Shown here one piece after another: positions 52,028 to 60,382 of a stretch of 64,000 nucleotides of DNA. The DNA lies in the sequence record NC_047713.1. One strand, written 5' to 3'. Each line of letters opens with the position of its first letter. Positions within the stretch are counted from its first letter, which is position 1. The notes beneath the pieces were generated by a model. It was not told the origin of the DNA and made no database searches. It was given only the letters and a program-made list of their open reading frames with translations. The position numbers were made by a program, and so were the translations under genes.

Positions 52028-53161
52028 ATGGCCCGACTCGCTATGACAACTGATCAAATTGTTGAGAAACTGAAAGAGACCTATGGTGAGAACGTAACTA
52101 CAGCTGAACTCAAAGCCTTCTGTGCTATGAATGATTGTGGTTACCCTACAGTCACTCGTCGATTGGAAGAATATAAGTCTGGTCGTGGTCGTTGGAATCT
52201 AACCCTAAACGAGAAGTTGGAACAAACCTATCAAGGACCATCTGGTGTCCCTGCTGTTATGGATATTTCAGAAACAAACCTTGTTCCAGACAAAGATAGT
52301 AACTTTGTTTCATTCGGTAACTTCACTGATTTGAAACAAGTCATCAAGTCTGGTATCTTCTATCCTACCTTTATCACTGGTTTATCTGGTAACGGAAAAA
52401 CCTTTGGTGTAGAACAAGCTTGTGCTCAACTTGGTAGGGAACTGATTCGAGTAAATATTACAATTGAAACCGATGAAGACGATCTTATTGGTGGTTTCCG
52501 TCTCATTGATGGTGCTACTGTTTGGCATAATGGTCCAGTCATCGAGGCTCTGGAACGGGGAGCTGTTCTTCTTCTAGATGAGATTGATCTGGCTTCTAAC
52601 AAGATTCTTTGTCTTCAATCTATCCTAGAAGGTAAGGGAGTATTCCTCAAGAAGATTGGTAAGTTTGTGAGACCTACCAATGGGTTCAACGTGATTGCAA
52701 CCGCAAACACAAAAGGTAAGGGTTCTGACGATGGTAGGTTTATTGGAACTAATGTTCTGAATGAAGCATTCCTAGAACGTTTCCCTGTAACCTTTGAGCA
52801 GGAATATCCAGTAGCATCAGTAGAAACTAAACTCCTGAAGAAGTATGCTTCTTCATTGGGTATCGTAGATGATAAGTTTTGTAAGTATCTGGCAGACTGG
52901 GGTGATATCATCCGTAAAACATTCTATGATGGTGGTGTAGATGAGGTTATCTCCACACGACGTTTGGTTCACATCCTTCGAGCATACAGTATCTTTGATG
53001 ACAAATCAAAGGCAGTTGCTATCTGTCTAAACAGGTTTGATGATGAAACCAAACAAGCCTTTATGGATCTTTACGACAAGATTGACAACGAAGTCACCTT
53101 TCAATTTGGTGAAGGTACAGATAACGTTCAGTACTCTGAAACACCAGATACAAACTTCTAA
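52028..53161 (+). CDS. cobS: MoxR/CobS-like AAA+ ATPase
   Basis: Start revised to MARLAMTT at 52028. Walker A GLSGNGKT, Walker B LLLDEID, IATANTKG, LNEAFLERF, ISTRRL. Confidence 0.88.
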   Translation: MARLAMTTDQIVEKLKETYGENVTTAELKAFCAMNDCGYPTVTRRLEEYKSGRGRWNLTLNEKLEQTYQGPSGVPAVMDISETNLVPDKDSNFVSFGNFTDLKQVIKSGIFYPTFITGLSGNGKTFGVEQACAQLGRELIRVNITIETDEDDLIGGFRLIDGATVWHNGPVIEALERGAVLLLDEIDLASNKILCLQSILEGKGVFLKKIGKFVRPTNGFNVIATANTKGKGSDDGRFIGTNVLNEAFLERFPVTFEQEYPVASVETKLLKKYASSLGIVDDKFCKYLADWGDIIRKTFYDGGVDEVISTRRLVHILRAYSIFDDKSKAVAICLNRFDDETKQAFMDLYDKIDNEVTFQFGEGTDNVQYSETPDTNF

Positions 53162-53602
53162 ATGATTTATCCTACTATGAACTCCTGGTCTATGTTATTC
53201 GATGAAATTGGTGAAATCAATTTTGATGACTCCGAATACACTGAAGACGTTATTATTCAACCCAACACTATGAAAGAAACAACTAAAGACGAAACATTCT
53301 GGAGGTATGATGAGGGTAAAATTCTCCGTGAAGTAGAAGCTTACCTCTCAAGTACATACAAAGGTCACTACGTTGGGGGTGAAACCAAAATCCAAACTCT
53401 AGATCTTATTGATTCTATTGGTGATTCTGAATCATTCTGTAGATCTAACGCAATCAAATACCTCTCTAGGTTTGGGAAGAAGGAGGGCAAAAACCAGAAG
53501 GATCTCCTAAAGGTTATTCACTATGCCATCCTCCTTTACCACTTTGCAGGACTACCCTTCACAGAAGATGCTGTGGAAACTCACTCGCCTACTGGGCGTT
53601 AA
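53162..53602 (+). CDS. DUF3310-like protein (putative nucleotide kinase family)
   Basis: HY.....IQT.D.I......SFC.SNAIKYLSRFGKK......DLLKVIHY motif. Confidence 0.7.
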   Translation: MIYPTMNSWSMLFDEIGEINFDDSEYTEDVIIQPNTMKETTKDETFWRYDEGKILREVEAYLSSTYKGHYVGGETKIQTLDLIDSIGDSESFCRSNAIKYLSRFGKKEGKNQKDLLKVIHYAILLYHFAGLPFTEDAVETHSPTGR

Positions 53603-53612
53603 CCCATATCTG

Positions 53613-53621
53613 TGGTATAAT
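53613..53621 (+). promoter_or_regulatory. Extended -10 promoter upstream of gp45
   Basis: TG-G-TATAAT, intergenic. Confidence 0.55.
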
Positions 53622-53658
53622 ACACAGGAAACCATCTCATCCTTTATCTTTTATATTA

Positions 53659-54327
53659 ATGAAACTATCTGACGAAACTATTGCAGTGTTGAAGAACTTC
53701 TCTTCTATCAACCAGAGCATCATTGTTGGTGAGGGTAACACCCTAAGAACTATTTCTGTCATGAAAAACATATTGGCAGAAGCAACAGTCTCTGAGAACT
53801 TTGAGAAGTCCTTTGCTATCTACGACCTCAATGAGTTTCTAAATGGTTTATCACTTCATGACAACTACGCATTGGATTTCACCAATGACACATTCGTTGT
53901 TATCCGTGAAGGTCGTCGCCGTGTGAACTATCACTTCGCAGACCCTGAAGTTATTGTTGCTCCACCTGATAAGCAACTCCAACTTCCCTCTGAGGATGTA
54001 TGTTTCCAATTGGATCACAGCCAACTCCTACAACTAGTGAAAGCTGCTTCTATCTACAAACTCCCTGATCTATCCGTTGTTGGTGAGAATGGTACTATCT
54101 CCCTAGTTGTTCGTGATAAGAAGAACGACTCATCCAATGTGTATTCTGTGGATGTTGGTGAGACTACCGATGACTTCACCTTCAACTTCAAGGTTGAGAA
54201 TACTAACAAGATTCTCGCTGGTAACTACGATGTGGTTATCTCCCAGAAACTACTCGCCAAGTTCACTGGACAGAAGAACAATGTTGAGTATTTTATCGCT
54301 TTAGAACCAGACAGCACCTTTGGGTGA
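53659..54327 (+). CDS. gp45: DNA polymerase sliding clamp gp45
   Basis: MKLS.ET..VLKNFSSINQSI, LRTISVMKNILAEA, FAIYDLNEFL, YFIALEPDS. Confidence 0.96.
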   Translation: MKLSDETIAVLKNFSSINQSIIVGEGNTLRTISVMKNILAEATVSENFEKSFAIYDLNEFLNGLSLHDNYALDFTNDTFVVIREGRRRVNYHFADPEVIVAPPDKQLQLPSEDVCFQLDHSQLLQLVKAASIYKLPDLSVVGENGTISLVVRDKKNDSSNVYSVDVGETTDDFTFNFKVENTNKILAGNYDVVISQKLLAKFTGQKNNVEYFIALEPDSTFG

Positions 54328-54333
54328 TATTAT

Positions 54334-54358
54334 GGGAGGGTAACACCTCCCTTTTTTT
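54334..54358 (+). terminator. Rho-independent terminator after gp45
   Basis: GGGAGG-GTAACA-CCTCCC followed by 7 T. Confidence 0.8.
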
Positions 54359-54886
54359 ATGAATGTATTCGCGACAGAACAGTCCCCCAGAGGTAGTGCC
54401 GTTGTATTACCTGACAAACATATCGTGAAGATGCCCCTTGAGTGTTGCCAGATGGTGGCTATCATCTACTCTCACTGGTATTACAACTGGGGTGAGATAC
54501 ACAAAGCGAACGGAGAACCATACTCTACTGAGAAGGGTGCGTTTCGCAACCACCCCTGCACCAAGTGGGCAGCAGAGAGTATGTACAACACAGCCTGGTT
54601 GATCGCTCATGGTCTAGCACTCTGTACTGAATACACTGCTAGGTATGGTAAAGTTCACTCTTGTGCTAAGACCTTGTTTGAAGCCAAGAAGATGTTCCAT
54701 AGATACACTGGTGAGACCATTCTATGTTACAATATGGTGGAGGACTTCACCCGTGCCATGCCTGATGAGTTCAAGCTTGACACTGGTATCTCTACCTTTG
54801 ATGCGTATAAGATGTATATTTCATCCAAACCTTGGGTGAAAGACAACTATCTCCGCAAACCTGAACGCAAACCCTCTTGGGTTTGA
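54359..54886 (+). CDS. Pyrimidine-dimer DNA glycosylase/endonuclease V-like protein
   Basis: MN.F......SA..LPDKH.VKMPLECCQM, HPCT.WA, L..EY..RYGK.H, AMPDE.K, AY..Y. Family assignment is by recall of the motif. Confidence 0.65.
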   Translation: MNVFATEQSPRGSAVVLPDKHIVKMPLECCQMVAIIYSHWYYNWGEIHKANGEPYSTEKGAFRNHPCTKWAAESMYNTAWLIAHGLALCTEYTARYGKVHSCAKTLFEAKKMFHRYTGETILCYNMVEDFTRAMPDEFKLDTGISTFDAYKMYISSKPWVKDNYLRKPERKPSWV

Positions 54887-54907
54887 TTACTTTATTATCT
54901 TTTTATT

Positions 54908-55858
54908 ATGAACGAACGCACTGATTTCCTATGGACAGAGAAATACCGCCCACAGGTTATTGATGATTGTATTCTCCCCGATCACGTAAAGAATACATTC
55001 AAGGAGTTTGTTGCTAAGGGTGAGATCCCTAACCTCTTGTTATCTGGTCCTCCTGGTATTGGTAAGACCACAATTGCCAAAGCTCTTTGTAATGAGATTG
55101 GTGCCGACTACTATGTAATCAATGGATCCGATGAGGGAAGATTCCTTGATACAGTCCGTAACCAAGCAAAGAACTTTGCTTCCACAATGTCCCTTACCTC
55201 GGAAGCAAAACACAAGGTCATCATTATTGATGAGGCAGATAACACAGGTAGTGATGTTCAGATGTTGCTTCGTGCAAACATCGAGGCATTCTACAAGAAC
55301 TGTCGTTTCATCTTTACCTGCAACTATAAGAACAAGATCATTGAACCCCTCCACAGTAGGTGTGCAGTGGTTGAGTTCTCCGCTAAGGGTAAGGATAGAC
55401 AACAGATCGCCGCGTCCTTCTTCCAGAGACTCTCTGGTATCTTAGAAAAGGAACATGTAGAGGCTGACAAGAAGGTTCTGGTAGAACTAGTTCAGAAACA
55501 CTTCCCTGACTTCAGGAGGGTTCTAAATGAGGTTCAGAGGTATTCCAGTAGTGGTAAGATCGACTCTGGTATCCTAGCAACCTTCTCTGAAGTTAAGGTA
55601 GAGGACCTTATCAAACACCTTCGTGAGAAGAACTTTGTTGAAGTCCGTAAGTGGGTTGTTGCTAACTTAGATAACGATACTAATAGTATCCTCCGTAAGT
55701 TATACGACACCCTATCTACACAACTAAAAGGTCCTTCCATCGCTGCTGCTGTATTGGTTATCGCCAAGTATCAGTACCAGGGAGCCTTTGTAGCTGACCA
55801 GGAGATTAACCTCCTAGCAGCTCTAACCGAAATTATGATTGAATGTGAGTTTTCTTAA
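54908..55858 (+). CDS. gp44: Clamp loader large subunit gp44
   Basis: LWTEKYRP....DCILP, Walker A SGPPGIGKTT, IIIDEAD, IIEPLHSRC, AFVADQEINLLA.LTEIM. Confidence 0.97.
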   Translation: MNERTDFLWTEKYRPQVIDDCILPDHVKNTFKEFVAKGEIPNLLLSGPPGIGKTTIAKALCNEIGADYYVINGSDEGRFLDTVRNQAKNFASTMSLTSEAKHKVIIIDEADNTGSDVQMLLRANIEAFYKNCRFIFTCNYKNKIIEPLHSRCAVVEFSAKGKDRQQIAASFFQRLSGILEKEHVEADKKVLVELVQKHFPDFRRVLNEVQRYSSSGKIDSGILATFSEVKVEDLIKHLREKNFVEVRKWVVANLDNDTNSILRKLYDTLSTQLKGPSIAAAVLVIAKYQYQGAFVADQEINLLAALTEIMIECEFS

Positions 55859-55860
55859 TT

Positions 55861-56151
55861 ATGAATGTTAAACTAATCCGTATGAATTCCGGCGAAGATG
55901 TTATCGCCGACCTCATCAGTGAGACTGATGATACACTAGTTCTATCCAACCCTATTGTTTTAGTTCCTGGTCAAGGTGGAACACTAGGTTTTGCACCATG
56001 GTCACCAGTTATCTCCCCAGATGTTAAAGAGATTACTATTCGGGCTAACTATGTTGTATTCATGAGTGAGCCAAATGAGGATGTAGTGGATAACTACAAC
56101 CAAATCTTTTCCCCCATTGTCACACCAAGCAGTAAAGGATTAATCTTATGA
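55861..56151 (+). CDS. Small Sm/SH3-like barrel hypothetical protein (96 aa)
   Basis: KLIRM.SGEDVIADL, L.LSNPI, FAPWSP, I....VVF..EP...V.DNY. Confidence 0.75.
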   Translation: MNVKLIRMNSGEDVIADLISETDDTLVLSNPIVLVPGQGGTLGFAPWSPVISPDVKEITIRANYVVFMSEPNEDVVDNYNQIFSPIVTPSSKGLIL

Positions 56152-56390
56152 TGGATACAGTTGTACTCTATACAAACAACGGTCAAGAGTCGGAGAGAAT
56201 CCAACAACTACTGACTAGTGTAGGTGGTGAGTTTCATATCTATACCTTAGATCAAGACTTCACACAGGACCAATTCCGTAAGGAGTTTGGTGTATCTGCG
56301 GAATACCCACAGGTCGCCATAGGTTATAATCATATTGGGGGTCTCAAGGAAACCCTACATTATCTAACGGACGAAGGACTTATTAAATGA
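56148..56390 (+). CDS. Glutaredoxin-fold protein lacking cysteines (80 aa)
   Basis: VVLYT, L..DFT..QF..EFG..A.YPQV.I...HIGG..E pattern of phage glutaredoxins. No Cys anywhere. Confidence 0.7.
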   Translation: MMDTVVLYTNNGQESERIQQLLTSVGGEFHIYTLDQDFTQDQFRKEFGVSAEYPQVAIGYNHIGGLKETLHYLTDEGLIK

Positions 56391-56797
56391 CCCTGGAACT
56401 CAAAGACTGGTTGAATAGTTTAAACATGAGTAAGGAAGACCTTATTGATGGAGATCCTGATGTGGAGAAAGAGTATCCACCATTCATTGTCAATAAGTGT
56501 ATGTCTGGTCAGATGGATGCACTTATGTTTGCTAATGAGATGAATAAGTTCCCCTCACTAGATAAAAAGTTACAATATGATTTTTATCTAAATAGTTTGC
56601 GGAAGAGAAAGCGTTTCTCTCCTTGGTTAAGGAAGGATAAGATTAAACACCTTGAGACCGTTCGTAAGTTTTATGGCTTTTCCACTGAAAAAGCAGAACA
56701 AGCTTTGAATATTTTATCCAATGAACAACTTGACTTTATCTATGATAAGCTTGACACTGGGGGAACCAAACCATGCAAACGGACGAAAGGGGGGTAG
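56387..56797 (+). CDS. gp62: Clamp loader small subunit gp62
   Basis: LKDWLNS.N..K, YPPFIVNKC.S...D.LMFANEMN, QYDF.LNSLRKRKRFSPW, FYG.S.EKA.QAL.IL. Confidence 0.94.
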   Translation: MTLELKDWLNSLNMSKEDLIDGDPDVEKEYPPFIVNKCMSGQMDALMFANEMNKFPSLDKKLQYDFYLNSLRKRKRFSPWLRKDKIKHLETVRKFYGFSTEKAEQALNILSNEQLDFIYDKLDTGGTKPCKRTKGG

Positions 56798-57201
56798 TAT
56801 CTTGGGACCCCTCATATATGATAGAAGTATTTTTGTCAGAACCTGACGACTTCTTAAAAGTAAGAGAAACTCTTACTCGTATTGGTGTGGCATCTCGCAA
56901 AGAGAAGAAGATATATCAGTCTTGTCATATTCTACATAAACAGGGAAGATACTTTATAGTTCATTTTAAGGAACTCTTTGCCCTTGATGGTAAGCATACT
57001 ACAATTACCTTGAATGATATACAGAGACGCAATCGTATTGTTAAACTACTATCCGATTGGAACTTGATTGAAGTTTCAGATAGTATCGATATTACAGATG
57101 TTGCCCCTCTGAATCAAATAAAAGTTCTCTCATATAAAGAAAAAGAAGACTGGATACTAGAACCGAAATATAACATTGGAAGTGTGAAACGTTCGGAATA
57201 A
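56773..57201 (+). CDS. regA: Translational repressor RegA
   Basis: M.EV.L.EPDDFLKVRETLTRIGVASRKEKK.YQSCHILHKQGRYFIVHFKELFALDG, LEPKY.IG. Confidence 0.97.
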   Translation: MQTDERGVVSWDPSYMIEVFLSEPDDFLKVRETLTRIGVASRKEKKIYQSCHILHKQGRYFIVHFKELFALDGKHTTITLNDIQRRNRIVKLLSDWNLIEVSDSIDITDVAPLNQIKVLSYKEKEDWILEPKYNIGSVKRSE

Positions 57202-57215
57202 CCGAACACTATATG

Positions 57216-57242
57216 GGGGAGTTTCCACACTCCCCTTTTTTT
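57216..57242 (+). terminator. Rho-independent terminator after regA
   Basis: GGGGAGT-TTCCAC-ACTCCCC followed by 7 T. Confidence 0.85.
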
Positions 57243-57320
57243 GTGCCTATGCTATATAATATAGGGGTAGTCGCCACTCAGGGACTACACCTTATACATC
57301 TCGCTTATTAGGAGAAACAC

Positions 57321-57764
57321 ATGTCTGGATTAGCACGCTATTATGGTTCTGGGGATATTGAGAAGTTCCTCAAGGACGTTGATAAGTATTCAATCGGAAT
57401 GGATGAATGGTTCCATAGGTTCGGAGCACTTCACCAAACAGAAGCAAACTACCCACCCTACAACGTTATTCAGGAGAATGCAGTCTCCTATCGTGTGGAG
57501 GTTGCAGTTGCTGGATTTGCAACAAAAGAACTAGAAGTATTCACAGAGAACAACAAACTCTACGTGGAGGGTCAGAAGGAACTGGCAGAGCCTAAGGAGG
57601 GTGAGTCCTATGTTCATCGTGGGGTGGCTGCAAGGTCCTTCAAGAGGGTCTGGACCATCTCTGATGACGTGGAAGTGAAGGACGTGGAGGTTTCCAATGG
57701 TCTCCTCACCATCCGACTCTCTCGTATCGTTCCTGACCACCAGAAGAGACGTTCCTATCTCTGA
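57321..57764 (+). CDS. hsp20: Small heat shock protein Hsp20 (IbpA-like)
   Basis: NYPPYN.I, EVAVAGF, Y.HRGVA.RSF.R.W, NGLLTI.L.R.VP. AGGAGA RBS upstream and TATAAT at 57255-60. Confidence 0.95.
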   Translation: MSGLARYYGSGDIEKFLKDVDKYSIGMDEWFHRFGALHQTEANYPPYNVIQENAVSYRVEVAVAGFATKELEVFTENNKLYVEGQKELAEPKEGESYVHRGVAARSFKRVWTISDDVEVKDVEVSNGLLTIRLSRIVPDHQKRRSYL

Positions 57765-57803
57765 TAAATAAAGACGAGACTATTTTCTCGTATCGTCGCA
57801 CCT

Positions 57804-57839
57804 GGGGGTCCTGTCACAAAACAGGGTTGCCCCCTTTTT
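57804..57839 (+). terminator. Terminator-like hairpin after hsp20, overlapping a TTGCCC-16-TATAAT promoter
   Basis: GGGGG..CCTGT-CACAAA-ACAGG..CCCCC followed by TTTT. Extended -10 TG-T-TATAAT at 57846-57854. Confidence 0.6.
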
Positions 57840-57869
57840 GGTGCATGTTATAATATAGTACAAACTAAA

Positions 57870-58256
57870 ATGAACAATGATTATGATAGGGAACTTCCTT
57901 CCCCAACCGGATCTACGGGGGCAGTTGAACTAATGATTGAATCTATTGACTTGATGAGCAACAATGATCCAGTAGTAAAACTAGTTCTACTGAAGAATAA
58001 TGAAACTATTATTGCTGAGGTTCGTGAGAGTATCGATGGAAGTAGTGTTCAGCTCATTGATCCTCGTGTAGTTCTACTACAGGCAGCAAGACCATCTGAT
58101 GACGGACAGACTACAACAACTGCCATCTCATATACCGACTGGTTACCTTTGTCTGAGAGTAGAAACTTCACTATTGATGGTGATTATGTGGTCCTTATCA
58201 CTGATCCCATTGAAAGTTTAGTACAAAGTTATACACAGGCACGACAAAATGGATGA
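57870..58256 (+). CDS. Small Sm/SH3-like barrel hypothetical protein (start uncertain)
   Basis: KLVLLKNNETIIAEV, QLIDPRVV, YTDWLPL, IDGDYVVLITDP.ESL.QSY. Confidence 0.7.
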   Translation: MNNDYDRELPSPTGSTGAVELMIESIDLMSNNDPVVKLVLLKNNETIIAEVRESIDGSSVQLIDPRVVLLQAARPSDDGQTTTTAISYTDWLPLSESRNFTIDGDYVVLITDPIESLVQSYTQARQNG

Positions 58257-58530
58257 AACTATTAGAGTATTGGTCTTGACCAATGGAAAAGTCCTTATCA
58301 GTAAGATCGAAGAGATAGGAGGTGCTGATATCGGGGAGCCAGACTGCCGTCTAACCGACCCAGTATGGTATAATGATGAGGTGGAGGAAATGACCGAAGG
58401 GTTCAAACGCTTTCCTGGTAAGGGGATCACACCCGATACCAAGTTGGCCATCTCTTCTGTCAATATCTTGACTCTGGTTACCCCAGATAACAAACTCCTC
58501 AGTGAATACCTCGTGTTTATTAGTGATTAA
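58249..58530 (+). CDS. Small Sm/SH3-like barrel hypothetical protein (93 aa)
   Basis: RVLVLTNGKVLISKI, GEPDCRLTDP, I.S..ILTLVTP...L..EY. Coupled to gp43A. Confidence 0.7.
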   Translation: MDETIRVLVLTNGKVLISKIEEIGGADIGEPDCRLTDPVWYNDEVEEMTEGFKRFPGKGITPDTKLAISSVNILTLVTPDNKLLSEYLVFISD

Positions 58531-60005
58531 TGTCTAACAAGTTCTACACCAATGTTCAGCTTTATGGTAACAACATCCTCCTACGCGGGTATGAGAACGG
58601 AGAGAAGTTCCACACTAGGGAACAATACTCTCCTACACTATATGTGAGTTCCAAGAAACCCAGTAAGTGGAAAACACTTACTGGTGAGAATGTTCAACCA
58701 GTGAATCCCGGATCTATTAGAGATTGTAGGGATTTTATCAAGAAGTATAAAGATGTAGAGAACTTTAATGTGTTTGGTAATGAGAGGTTTGCCTTTCAAT
58801 ACATTGCAGACAACTATCCTGGGGAGATTGAATATGATCCCCAGTTGATTAATATCTTGAGTTTGGATATTGAGGTTGAGTCTGAACATGGTTTCCCAGA
58901 TCCAGAGTCTGCTAATGAGGAAGTACTACTCATTACTATTCAGGACTATGTTACCAAACAAATCATTACTTGGGGTCAGATAAAGCATGGGGAGTTTGAT
59001 AACCAACAGGATAATGTAGATTTCCGTCCATGTGAGAGTGAGTATCACCTACTGAGTGCCTTTATTCAGTGGTGGCAACAGAACCCACCTGATGTTATCA
59101 CTGGGTGGAACATTGACTATTATGATATTCCATACCTCGTCAGACGCATGAAGAGAGTGTTGGGTGATAAACTAGCAAGCACTATCTCCCCTTGGAAGTT
59201 CGTAACAGATGAAGAGCACTTCTTCAAAGGTATGAATAAACTATACTACAATATTGCTGGTATTACCCAACTAGACTACCTAGTTCTATACACTAAGTTC
59301 ACATATACGAACCAAGAGTCATACAGACTAGACCACATTGCTAATGTGGAGTTGGGTCAGCAGAAGTTAGACCACTCTGAGTTTGAAACTTTCAAAGACT
59401 TCTACCGAAAAGGTTGGCAGAAGTTTGTAGAATACAACATTGTTGACGTGGAACTGGTTGACAGGATGGAAGAGAAGTTGAAACTCATTGACCTTGCCAT
59501 CACTATGGCGTTCGATGCCAAGGTTAACTTCCAGGATGTATTCTCACAGGTGAGACTATGGGATACTATTATCTACAACTATCTCAGAGATAGAAACATT
59601 GTTATCCCCCAGAAGGAACAAACCAGTAAGAGTGAGAAGTTCGCTGGAGCATATGTAAAAGAACCCAAACCCGGTCTATATGAATGGGTAGTGTCCTTTG
59701 ACCTTAACTCCCTGTATCCTCACCTACTAATGCAATACAACATCTCTCCAGAAACATTGATGGAAGAGAGGTGTCCTAATATCTCCATTGAAAAGGTTCT
59801 CAATGAAGAAGTAACCTTTGAGATGTATAAAGACTATGCTGTTTGTCCTAATGGGGCAATGTATCGCAAAGATGTCCGCGGGTTCCTACCAACCCTAATG
59901 GAAAAGATGTATGATGAACGAAAGGCGTTCAAACAAAAGATGTTGAAGTCCAAACAAATCCTCGTTGATATCGAGGCTGAAATGAAAAGAAGAGGTGTAT
60001 TATGA
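58530..60005 (+). CDS. gp43A: DNA polymerase gp43, N-terminal half (exonuclease, motif A, first fingers helix)
   Basis: ExoI LDIEVES, ExoII VITGWNIDYYDIPY, ExoIII YNIVDV, motif A SFDLNSLYP, MYDERKAFKQKM, then a TGA stop. Confidence 0.93.
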   Translation: MSNKFYTNVQLYGNNILLRGYENGEKFHTREQYSPTLYVSSKKPSKWKTLTGENVQPVNPGSIRDCRDFIKKYKDVENFNVFGNERFAFQYIADNYPGEIEYDPQLINILSLDIEVESEHGFPDPESANEEVLLITIQDYVTKQIITWGQIKHGEFDNQQDNVDFRPCESEYHLLSAFIQWWQQNPPDVITGWNIDYYDIPYLVRRMKRVLGDKLASTISPWKFVTDEEHFFKGMNKLYYNIAGITQLDYLVLYTKFTYTNQESYRLDHIANVELGQQKLDHSEFETFKDFYRKGWQKFVEYNIVDVELVDRMEEKLKLIDLAITMAFDAKVNFQDVFSQVRLWDTIIYNYLRDRNIVIPQKEQTSKSEKFAGAYVKEPKPGLYEWVVSFDLNSLYPHLLMQYNISPETLMEERCPNISIEKVLNEEVTFEMYKDYAVCPNGAMYRKDVRGFLPTLMEKMYDERKAFKQKMLKSKQILVDIEAEMKRRGVL

Positions 60006-60160
60006 GTTTTCGTCACAAAACATATGGTGGTCTAGTTCATTATGACCACAATGATAAGATTATCGTCATTGAACGTCGATTGAATCCAATGCAACATCAC
60101 GCTATGCTTGTGAGTAAGTTGAAGGAAGAGTATCCAGAGTATCAAGTAGTTACTGGATAG
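60002..60160 (+). CDS. Micro-ORF inside the split gp43 (52 aa; not in the ORF track)
   Basis: MSFRHKTYGGLVHYDHNDKIIVIERRLNPMQHHAMLVSKLKEEYPEYQVVTG. ATGA overlap with the gp43A stop and a GAGGT RBS 5 nt upstream. Confidence 0.65.
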   Translation: MSFRHKTYGGLVHYDHNDKIIVIERRLNPMQHHAMLVSKLKEEYPEYQVVTG

Positions 60161-60375
60161 TGAGTGGTTTAGTTGCTGAGATTATGCAAGTCGTTACTAT
60201 GATTACTATGCTATTCAATATGTGCAATAGTAATGAGTTCAACAGACAAGCATGTATGAAAGACTGGGATACTTGGTTATTACCTGAGATATCCCGTGCG
60301 TGGCAAATTAAAACAGGTCAGGAAGCCCCTTACCAAAACGAGGAAGATGTGGTAGAATGGCACCAACAGCAGTGA
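60160..60375 (+). CDS. Second small ORF inside the split gp43 (71 aa; hydrophobic N-terminus, two Cys)
   Basis: GTG overlapping the previous TAG (an ATG at 60184 is the alternative). Contains MQVVTMITMLFNMC...ACMKDWDTWLLPEI.RAW. Confidence 0.6.
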   Translation: MSGLVAEIMQVVTMITMLFNMCNSNEFNRQACMKDWDTWLLPEISRAWQIKTGQEAPYQNEEDVVEWHQQQ

Positions 60376-60382
60376 GGTTATT

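Noticed and set aside
52028-53161. Interpreting cobS as an auxiliary cobalamin-biosynthesis gene
   Set aside because: Only the generic MoxR AAA and vWA domains are present, the partner carries a peptidase-like domain, and there is no cobN or other cob gene in the window.
60006-60382. Group I intron or intein interrupting gp43
   Set aside because: I could not see group I core elements or an encoded endonuclease; the gap is filled by tightly coupled ORFs with RBSs, and gp43A ends in a stop codon, which excludes an intein. A cmsearch against group I/II models and RT-PCR would settle it.
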